Assembly (NCBI GenBank): GCA_024704765.1
Contig: JAKMXF010000020.1
Span: 25,669-89,668 of the forward strand
Direction: 5' to 3'
From: Oopsacas minuta
Lineage: Eukaryota; Animalia; Porifera
DNA: 64,000 bases
Program-made: the position numbers and the translations under genes
The notes under the pieces: generated by a model
Database searches by the model: none
Seen by the model: only the letters and a program-made list of their open reading frames with translations
Told to the model about the DNA's origin: nothing
Shown: piece by piece, positions 23,603 through 34,014 of the stretch
Numbering within the stretch: position 1 is the stretch's first letter
How the letters are laid out: each line of letters opens with the position of its first letter

Positions 23603-24604
23603 CTAAGTTTCTGTATTTTTCCTCCTCTCTTCTAAGAATTTCCCAAATACAACAGCAAATAATCCAATTATTACAAATACACATCCTATGTACTGGAAAT
23701 AGTTCAATTCTTCCCCATTAAGCATATAAGACCCAAAGAAACAGGGAATGACTTGGAAAGGCCAGAACGCTGTGACAATAGTGGCGCTGGTTTTCGAGTT
23801 AGCCCAAGATATGAGAATAAAACACAGATTAGAAGTGATAATGATAGCATAGATAATAGCAAGCCATTCTTCTTGAGAAATAAAGAATGCTGAGGGAGTA
23901 GTAACATAGTAGAGACTGGATAAACTAATAAATATTGAACCAGTCAAATAACTCCATGTGGTAACCCAAATAGGATGATTACGCCAATAATTCTTTGGTT
24001 TGTCAAATATAAATATTTTCTGACAAACGATATAAACACTAGTACCCCCACTATTTAGAGTAAGAAAAATATACCCAAGCCACGGGTATTGAGAGTTAGT
24101 AGTACTTTGCGAAGTAGAGGTGAACAGAGTAATTTCTATTGCCCCTGAGATTGCAAATAAGATCCCAGTAATTATAAACCAAGTAGAAGGTCTCCTGAAA
24201 CTAGGAACATCCTCTGTACAAGTGATTATAGTTAAAATAGTAGTCCAAATGGGAATCAGTTGTTGAAAAATTGATGCAATATTTGCACCAGCGAAGCTAA
24301 CACCAAGTAAGAAAAAAAATTGACTGAGAAAGATACCACATATACCAAGTCCAACAAAGACTAAGCAATCCTTCCATTTGGGGAAACCTAACCAACCATC
24401 AGAGATCAACGCGAGTAGTACCAACACTGGGAAGCTCGACGCATCTCTTACCATACAGAATATTAAAGGGTTAAATTCACTGCCCACCCCGAGTTTCTTG
24501 GCAATTACTGGATACAAACCGAATCCAGTTTGAATGGTTAGCAACGCTAGGACAATTCGAATAAAGTTTCCTGAAGATTTTACAGATTGGAGTGCAGATT
24601 TCAT
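23603..24604 (-). CDS. EamA/DMT-superfamily transporter, WAT1/UMAMIT (MtN21)-like, 333 aa, intronless
   Basis: About ten hydrophobic segments in two repeats. FLGICGIFLSQFFFLLGVSFAGANIASIFQQLIP and IIYAIIITSNLCFILISWANSKTSATIVTAFWPFQ resemble WAT1-family motifs. Confidence 0.8.
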   Translation of the reverse strand: MKSALQSVKSSGNFIRIVLALLTIQTGFGLYPVIAKKLGVGSEFNPLIFCMVRDASSFPVLVLLALISDGWLGFPKWKDCLVFVGLGICGIFLSQFFFLLGVSFAGANIASIFQQLIPIWTTILTIITCTEDVPSFRRPSTWFIITGILFAISGAIEITLFTSTSQSTTNSQYPWLGYIFLTLNSGGTSVYIVCQKIFIFDKPKNYWRNHPIWVTTWSYLTGSIFISLSSLYYVTTPSAFFISQEEWLAIIYAIIITSNLCFILISWANSKTSATIVTAFWPFQVIPCFFGSYMLNGEELNYFQYIGCVFVIIGLFAVVFGKFLEERRKNTET

Positions 24605-25157
24605 TGAAAATATTCCAGCACTTAAGCTATATAAGGGAAGTAAAATAGAAATATCGAGGACACTATTTTCATTATTGACCTAATTTCTAGTAGTATGATT
24701 TATAAGATTTATGCGCAGTGGCGGCGCTAAAGATAGGGATAAATGGGGTTAGAGCCCCATCACTTGATGGAATTGAGAAGAGACAAACTAAGAACTATAT
24801 TAGGAAAAGTATGTCATTTTAAACCTCTCTAAAACCACTTTTAGAAAAAGTATGAATTGATTTTCCGTTAATATTTAAGAAATAGGCGCCATAATGATAG
24901 TGAAAGAAGTTTATCAATCATTATGTCTTGCGATGATAAGTATAGTACGATGTAAATGATCAAATTCTGTATAATTTTAGAGATACTAGCTCCTAGCATC
25001 AAATCTATCAAGTAGCAGCTTGGAATTTATTATGTTTGTTATACACCCATAATTTATATTTACAAAATGTTTACGAATACCTCATAACGTTCTATTTTCA
25101 TTAACACTTTCATCATCCACTTACTACTTTCAACTACACCTTATTTTGACTATTCAG

Positions 25158-25400
25158 ATGTCCTCTCTTGTCCCAGGCTGCAGATCTAACTATTTAGACG
25201 AAGATAAATCTACCTCAATTTTCAATTTCCCCAATGACGTGCGATTACGCGAACTATGGTTCCGAGCCATTCCTCGACCACAAATATATGAAGGTATTCT
25301 ATTGGAATCATTAATATATATCCCTTCCGTATTTATAATTCCATTTGTAAATTTAGGTATGCATGGACCATTTCAGGGAAGATGACATCGAAGTGTTATA
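25158..25400 (+). pseudogene. Degenerate THAP zinc-finger coding relic (probably transposon-derived)
   Basis: LVPGCRSNY...SIFNFPNDVRLRELWFRAIPR, then after a GT-AG intron (25294-25356) VCMDHFREDDI in a shifted frame. The first THAP cysteine is missing. Confidence 0.65.
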
Positions 25401-25908
25401 TAAACATAATGATGAGCGTAATCAAGGATGTCCTCACTGTAGAAAGACTTATAAGGTAACGAAACAAATAAATACAAATAATTCAAGTTCATAATTGTAA
25501 TTTTAAGAGCAAAGATGTTTTGGATCGCCACATTATGCTTTCTCACGGTGATGTTACTCCCAAAAGACGCATGACTACATCTCTCCCACCTGTTTCTTAC
25601 AAGTACCATTTATGTTTAAAAAATTCTCTCCAGTACGCATGATATCTAACCACATAAAGTATCTTCATGCCCTCGCAACTCGCCCGGGCCAGACTCGTTT
25701 TACATATATACTGAACTCAGAAGGGTTCTATGTTCTCAAAACTGACAGTATCTTTTCACAAAAATCGGTTCTTCAACCTAGAAATATAAAGTATAGTATA
25801 AGAAAGGAATATTTAAGTAAATCCTAGATCCCTCTCCCCCTCTGTGACAAGTATTTATCTCAATTTCCATAGAAAATATGTGTATATTTGTGGTTGTTTG
25901 TTTGTTTG

Positions 25909-28015
25909 CAGTGGCGTTGCCAGGAATAGTTGGAAGGGGGGGGCAATTAAAATTATTTATTACACTAAACATAACAAATAACCTAATTACCAATATATTA
26001 TATTACGTGTATCAATTTATTTTTAATGAATATACTATGAATGATGTCTATAGAAATCTAATCAACACAGCACATACTAAGATAATTGTGATCTCCTATC
26101 TGCCATGGATACAAACTTAGAAATGAGGTCTTCATTATCTAGAGAAAGCAGAATTTCTTTCTCTATTGAGCAAAACATCAATGATTCTAGACGATCTTCC
26201 ACATTGTAGACCGTAACTTAGTTTTAATCAACAACAATTTAGAAAAACTTCTTTCTGCATGGGCTGTAGTCACTGGGAGTGTGTATAATATTCGATACAT
26301 GTAGCAGAGTTCTGTGTATGAATGAGGTAATTCGTTATAAACATCAAGTAAAGGAGTGTCTTGTTTTATAAAATACCTTGCTAGGTTCCATTCAGCTATA
26401 AAACGGTCTGGAGATATATTTTCGTATTGATGAACAAGTTTTAGAAGATTTTCCTCTGCGTCAATTGCTTCAAAATTCCTTGGATCCAAAATGCAAAATT
26501 AATTAATTGATTGGGGAAGCGAGAATTAATCTCAGAAATCATACTATCGACCAATGCTTCTAAAAGTTTAACTCACAAATTATCTTTGGTGAAAATATTA
26601 TTCCTGTATAAGGATTATTATCAACTCTGCAAGAAACTCTTCTTGAGCGTTGAGTGCTAAATTCAGTATTGAGGCCTAACTTCATCGCGAAATTCTGTGC
26701 TTTACTAAACGCATCTAACCAGACGTTTTCAGTACATAATCTCTGTAGTTCAATTTTTAAAACATGGATCTGTTTGTTTGCCCTTAATAGGTCTATTTGA
26801 CAACTCTACAATGTTTCACTTATTATATTGATAGCTAAAAGGATAGGAGTAACTGTCACAAGAGAAATTACAATGTTGAAAGTAGATATACTCGCTAAAA
26901 GGCCAGTAGCTGTACCTCTAGAATTACCATCTGTAGTAGTAGCACAAATATGTTCAATTGTATCCAAAACTGATTTGAATACAACTTCATTTAGTAATCG
27001 TTGACAAGAAGACGCCCTGCAATTCCACCTTGTGTCGGATAGGCCAACTAAGTGTAAAGGACGTTGATCAGATTGTATCTCTCTCTGTCTCTCAATAAAA
27101 TAACTATGTCGCTGCGCACTACCTTCAATAAATGTGTATGCTAATTCCAGTATTCCAAAGAATTTACTTGCTTCAATGTTTCTATGATTACAAACAGAAT
27201 TCACTAACATTCGAATCAGACTATGGGAATAACAATGAGTGAATAGTGCTAGTGGATTTAACTCGCGAATTCTTGCTTGTACACCTTTGTGAATCCCGGA
27301 CATGTTGCTTCCTCCGTCATAACTTTGGCCAACTATGTCTTCAACTTGTAATCCAAGACTATTTAGTTTTTTAATTAGAATATTTGTAATTTCTTCTCCA
27401 GTAGTAATAGGATGTTCTAATAAAGCAGCAAAACTCTCTGAAATTTTGCCATTTAAAGGGTTCACATATCTGACAATGACAGCAAGCTGTTCTTTATGGG
27501 ATACCTCAGTTGTTTCATCCATCAACACTGCAATAATACCTGCCTCTTTAATGTAACCAATAATTTTACTTCTGATTTCATTCCCAATAATCGAAATAAT
27601 TTCATTCTGAATTTGTGGACTAAGGTACATTTGATTCTTACTTGAGTTTGTTAAGTACTCATTCAAGACATCATCTCCAATGTTTGCCAAAAAGTGTACA
27701 AATTCAATATATACACCTCTATTATTTGAGATAATACTTTCATCGTGACCACGAAAAGGTAACGAAAGCTTCCCTAAAAGCTTCACAATACTGAATAACT
27801 CTCCGATCATTTTCTGTTTCGAATTATAGCGTGTGATCGATTTGTTTGTTGTTGAGCAACTTCATTTGATATTAGTGTATCATTCGGCTTAGAGCACATG
27901 AAGTTAAATACTATCTTTCAAAATCAGAGTGAGTTTTACTTTGTTCATGTGAATGAAATCCACGATCTTTTTCCAAAGCTTTTTTCCAATTGTCGAAACC
28001 GGTTTCTGAAAATGC
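25909..28015 (-). mobile_element. 5'-truncated hAT transposon (ZMYM1/DUF4371-like transposase pseudogene) with one TIR
   Basis: AFSETGFDNWKKALEK at ~27960-28015. ORF 26806-27810 contains FRGHDES, YLSPQIQNEII, DETT, QSYDGGSNMSG, HCYSH and LSDTRW. The dimerisation domain TLPVTTAHAERSFSKLLLIKTKLRSTM is at 26187-26489. TIR CAGTGGCGTTGCCAGG starts at 25909. Multiple stops and frameshifts. Confidence 0.88.
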
Positions 28016-28019
28016 CTTG

Positions 28020-31000
28020 TCTGAGGAGGCGTATTATAATTAGCAGTTTCAGCTAAACACAGATCGTATTCATTGTCATCCTCTAACAATCCTCGCTAAG
28101 GCTGCATCCTTAATTGTATTACAAATGGTGCCGTCAGGAAGAGTACGCGTATCCTGAAAGCTAGTACAACCATTAACATGGTTCAATAACATTCTCATAT
28201 AGAACCTCTTTCGCTCACTTGGATGAAGTGGATGCACTCGGCCAAATGTTGTACCAAACCCTTTCACCCACTCCTTCTATTCTCACTTAGTTATATCCCA
28301 CACAAAGTGTTTGAAAAAATTTACAAAGAAATATTCTCTGGCAGATGGAAACTTTTGGTTTGCCAAGAACCACCACATTAATGTAGAATGTCCCAAGTTT
28401 ACTACCACAGCATTGATATCAGCAGTTGCCTTGAACTCAACACTCTGCCTATTCTCCAGATGAAGAGCTATCCTAACAACGTGTGGCAAATTAGCATGGA
28501 GTTCAAATGAGAATCTTCTATAGCAGGCTTCAAATACAGAAACATATCTAGCTTCCTTATAGTTATATATTTCATTATTCTCTCCGGATTTATCACTAGT
28601 TTTACCGGAACGGATCTTAATGCTGGCTCTATCGTGACCTTTATAGACGTGCTTATAGAGGTACTTAATTGACAATACTGTGGTACAGATTTCAACGTTG
28701 ATATGTGTATTTAACTTGAATAACAGGTACGGATTGTAAAGTACAACCCATCTATTATCTAGATTAATACCACCTAGCTCTACAGTACGTGAATTATCTC
28801 AAGTCGATACAATGGATAACTATCCTTGGTAGTTGTTGCAAAGGCGGAGAATAATGGATATAATTAGCAGATGAACCTTTACACATGTAAGGAGCAGTTC
28901 CTTTTTGCTATTCCACACGGCCCATGGATTATAAAACGCTATATAATGCCTTACAATCTTGGCTGGACCTCAGGATCAGGTAATTCAGCGCAAACAATCT
29001 TATGATAATCAGAGGGCTCACGTGGTTTGCAATCACCAGCTAACATAATTCAAATGTGAGCATGAGGTAACCCACGCTTCTGAAATTCAATAGTAGAGAC
29101 TTGTGCAACGAGTCTACCAAGGATATGTGTTTTTAAGGATATCGCTAAGCAGTTCCTGTAATTTTAATCGAAACACTAGCACAATTTAATTAGGTCGATC
29201 GGTAGCTTTTTGACCAATCAAAAGACTATTAGTTATTTCAGACCAAAGGGGATTACAGGTAAACATGACAAATAAATCAAGTTTTCCATACCTCCGTACA
29301 ATTTTCATTGCGTCCTGATTAAGTTGGAACACGTGCATCGGAGAGCCAATGTAACTCAAGGGAAGAATTATCTTTTGTCCAAACTCTTCAGCGTTAGCAT
29401 CTCCTCTAGCAAGAGCATCAGCTAATCCACTGTATTGATCTACTCGGATCTGTTGCTGATGTAAATTTATATAGTTAAGTCTCCGTTGCTCAATTTTCGC
29501 ATACATGTCTACGATGTATTCTTGAAACAGCCTGCCAGAGAGGTGTAAGTGATTTAATCCACTTCTGACCATCAGTTGATAGCAATTGAAGTCTGATGCT
29601 GTGACAGTACCTCTACCTTTGCTATTAGGGATATGAATATGTCATCCATCACTGCTTAAGGGGAATAGCAATACATAATGAAGTGAATCATAAGAATGGT
29701 GTAATTCCGTTATGTTTTTGATTCCACCATGTCTTGCATACAGAACAATTTCTCTGTTGACCACTGTTTGTGAATAACCATCTCCAGGAAGCAATATGGC
29801 AATCTCAGGAGGAGAAGGGGCAGTGCATTTCGTGGATCTCCAATACCACCTTCTAGGATAGTGAACTTTATATCCATTGCATTCATGCTACGCATATGAT
29901 CTATAGCATGTCTGAAGTAAGAAAAATATGGGTTGACCTCGTGTAACATCCGTTGTAATCCCTTCAATTCAGAGAGACAGGTTACGCCCATGTTTCTCTG
30001 AGGGTTTTCTAACTCAACTTCTGGAGTCCAGCGTGGATAAATATTAGAGCGAATTTAGGCGGCTCTCCGACTTCGGGGATTAATCTACCAATTGAATGGT
30101 GTACTACCCCATGTATACAGAACGTATAGACACCAAGCTTAGCGTTGGCCAGTTCGTTATCAACGTTAGCTCTGAGATAACAAAACACAAGACTTGTATT
30201 ATAGGCACTATATTACTCCTGAATTCGCTAGCTATTTTACCAGTAGCTGTGAGTATGTGAGTCAGCAGCTCAAGCGGTGTATCTGAATGGGGTAAGACAA
30301 CCTTCCCCTCCCCACAACAAAAGGAGAACTTAATACATACCTCAGTGCTAGCAAATAGTTTTTCACTTTCCTAAAACGTTGCATCGCATAAATTACAGCA
30401 AAAGGACATGTAACCGAGTGAATGTTGAGATAAGATGGTATCACTAACCTCACATGTAAATTGCGATCGAGCTAAGTTCAGAAATCTCTTAGAAGTTAAT
30501 GACATACTTTTAGCATATAACTCAACCCAGACTTCAGACGAACATTGTGCTCGTGCACAGACTCTTTGCTTCTGAGATTCGCTTGAAGAGCTCGCTGATA
30601 CTCTAATCGCTGAAAGGTCTCGGAATCAGATTGAGAATCTCTCAAAATAGCTTGTCTGTCCCTTTGTTGTCAAAGACGCTCTAATCTTTCTTCCTGAGAT
30701 TCGTATTGGCGAAGTAAACGCCTACCCTCAGCTTCAGACATAGCTGGTTTACGGCAGGACAATCCTGGTTCTTGTTCATACATATCTTTTCCAAATATCA
30801 ATACAGAAATTCGTATTATAATAAGTTTGATAAGTGTATTGCATATATAGTAATTAATTAAGCATAAATACGCATACTGGTATTCACTGTAGAATTGAAA
30901 GTATTAGCGGGACTGTCTTCAGTAGCCTAGAATACTAAATACAGTTTCTACTGTCATCTAAAACAAAAATTAGCGTGATGAATACATTTCTCAAGAAAAA

Positions 31001-31417
31001 CTACTTAAAGTTTCCTAAACAGATTGTTGATTAATTGTAGTAACAATATAGGTTGTTTACTGTATATTCATAAAACCAACCATAAATTTACAGATGAAAA
31101 ACTTGAAAATCGGATTCAGCCTACTTAGTTACACCTGGGAGGCGTTTAGAGCAAGGCTGTACGTAGAATTTTAGATTTGGCTAATTTGTTTACTTTATAT
31201 TCATAAAAACAACAATACATGTCCATATCATTAATCCAAAAGTGTGAAAATCGGATTCAGCATGTTCGATATATTTAGTGAAGTTTTATTGAATTCTATA
31301 TACTTCCTTGATAAACACGATAAATACATAGTTATGTGACAATTTCCAAATTGCATAACGTAAATCCTTTCCTTGACAACGGACAAACAAACAATCGTTG
31401 AGATTTAATAATATAGA
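28020..31417 (-). mobile_element. Decayed autonomous Helitron (Rep/Hel pseudogene), 3'-truncated before the helicase
   Basis: 5' end A|TCTATATTATTAAATCTCAA at 31417. Probable ATG at 30783 with ESQEERLERL-type repeats. Zn motif CNLCDA...FSFCCGEGKVVLP at ~30300-30400. Rep motifs GRLFQEYIVDMYAKIE, FTCNP, HUH motif EFQKRGLPHAH (~29060-29095), HINVE and KYLYKHVYKGHD. Many stops and frameshifts. Confidence 0.92.
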
Positions 31418-34014
31418 TTTGGGGCAGATTATTCGATTCATTACATCAGCGATTGGCAACTTGGGATCCACTAAAACTTAAAATGTATACAAGAATATGT
31501 GAGGGATACACAAAATATAACAAAAGTGACATTATGATATGACAGATTATTTCATAGGATTAGTGTGACTACAAGGAGCTGGAAATTGAACAGCAACAAT
31601 TAATATTACGAAACTACTTACCTTTAGGTTGAGTAAAGACAATAAATATTTAGAGATATCTTTAGTAGAGTAAAATAGAATAATAGTACCGGAAATAATA
31701 TAAAATCAAAATACCATCAAGTTATATAATTAATGATATACGTAATGTGATGCTACTGTATTCTCTTGTACATATTCTGAAATTTATGTGTTCTCAATTT
31801 ATGGCCCAGATTATTGCAGAACCGCAACTAAACGGAACTAAACAAGCCAATTGAACCACAATTCCGTGAGAGGAGCAGAACGAACGCTTGATAACTACAA
31901 TATCAAATTAAATAGACCAAACGAACTGAACAGGTATCTAGTTGAGTCGAACGGAATGCTCTGTTTCAGTTACTTATTGACCCTGTCATTCCTTCGAATG
32001 GAAATTCAAACTAAGAACATTCAATGTTGCCATTTGTCGAATTGTAAAGATTTCCATAGGAACAGTTGAATTTTGAAGGAATTTGAAATAATATGGAGTT
32101 ACTAGTCATGGTTGATGACTGTTATATTCTGAGGCCTTTCTCATCGTCCCAAATATTACAATACTTGCTCCTCACAATCTGTAGGAATCCATCAACCTCT
32201 TTAACGATGAAACTTCTATCTTCATCGTCTGTATACTGTGCCTCTGCATTCAGGTTAAATCTGCCATCGATTTTCCTAAACTTTGATATAAGAATCCTCC
32301 CATGAGGGTAGGAATAAATACATAATCATTTGACCAAATAATTTGTGAAGTGCCATGTCTATCCGTCTGCCAGTACATTCTTAATGGTGTTACTGCAATT
32401 GTTGACTACGTGAAAATTATGTTGCTGTCCCGTTTAATAACTCTAGCTGGCCAAAGATCCTGCAATAACATTCTCTCCTTTATACTCCTTTTACGCTTAA
32501 AATCCGAGAGGAGCTCATTAGGCCAGGCTAATGTACAAATTCCCAGGTGTTAGAATTTAGATTATTCACAGTGGACCCATCTATATTTCAACAAATGCCC
32601 ATAATGTGTAGTTGTTATATTATTCAAATAGAATTTTATAACTAGAGACATGTTTGGGATTTTGGAAGTGCAAGAAAAGTGCAGTACACTGTACACGTAC
32701 ATTAACGGACCGTGCTTAACAAAATGTGGTAGAAATGACATAGTGGGACTACTGGTGAAAATTGTTAGACCTTAGATTATTGTGCAGAATCGTGATGATG
32801 TAGTTACAAGGAGCTGAAAATGTAATCAAGAAACTAACAAATCTACTCAACTTTAGCTTGTATTAAAAAGCCCAATAAGTATTTAGAGATTATACGAATT
32901 TCCCTTGCTATTACGCGAGCTTGCTATGAGAGGAAGTATTTATAAAAATATTAGTCTCTGAAGATCTTTTGAGGACACAAACCATTCATAGATTGATGGA
33001 ATTTACAGAACATAGGTTTTAGTATTACAGCACTAGAGAGAATAAGACAGTTACTTGAGAAAATTGTCATATAAGTAGGAAATTCAGTTAAGACCATGGG
33101 ACAAACATTCAGAATTATAGAAACTCGTTCAATTGTATCTAAACTGGAAGAAACCCTGGTCCTGAGTATTATACAAATGTATCAAAAATTTGAGCATTTT
33201 TAATATTACCCTATTTATATATGAGAAACTTGAAAATGTTAAATTCAGAATCAGCGTACTCAAATACCCATATATAGCTGTGAAGAACAAGTATCTACGT
33301 ATATTTTGATATTTCAATTATTTGTTCACTTTATATTCATAAAACAATAATAAATTTACAAATGCGAAATTCGGATTCAGCGTACTTGATTACAGGCCCG
33401 GTCCTTGAGTTGGGTTCTAAATCCGCCGCCCTAGGCAAATTGGAAGCCGTGCTGCCCTCCAAATTTTCGAATACATGTCCTAAAAATACTAATTTGAAAA
33501 AAACTAAATGAAGTGTAGGTAGTAAGTTATAACAGTAACTTAAGTATCAAAATTTAATTTTCTAGCATTAGTTTTAGCAAATTCAGTCACTAGTTTCTTA
33601 AGATCTAGCTTTTGCGCTATTTCATTTTCAACAGATATTGTTGACAAGCCCACAAGTCTTTCCTGTCTCATTGAAGAACGAATATATGTTTTTATCAGTT
33701 TCAGGTTCGAAAAATTTCTCTCACCACCTGCAACAGAAACTGGGAGTGTTAACAGGATATGTAGAGCGATAAAAGTATTTGTAAAATTAACAACAAAAGA
33801 GGTCAGGTTGGAACCAGCCCTTATTTGGGCAGGCCGCGCACCCAGGGGTGAGTGATATTCGGGATATATTTATGAGGGGGCGGGAAAATGGCCATATCAG
33901 ATGCTATCTCCATGTTCATAATACATTAGGTTGGACGAAATTTCAACTATGCATACTTAGGATGTGGGATGCCTAACTCTAGATGAAGTCCTGATTGGTA
34001 ACTGATAAACTGAG

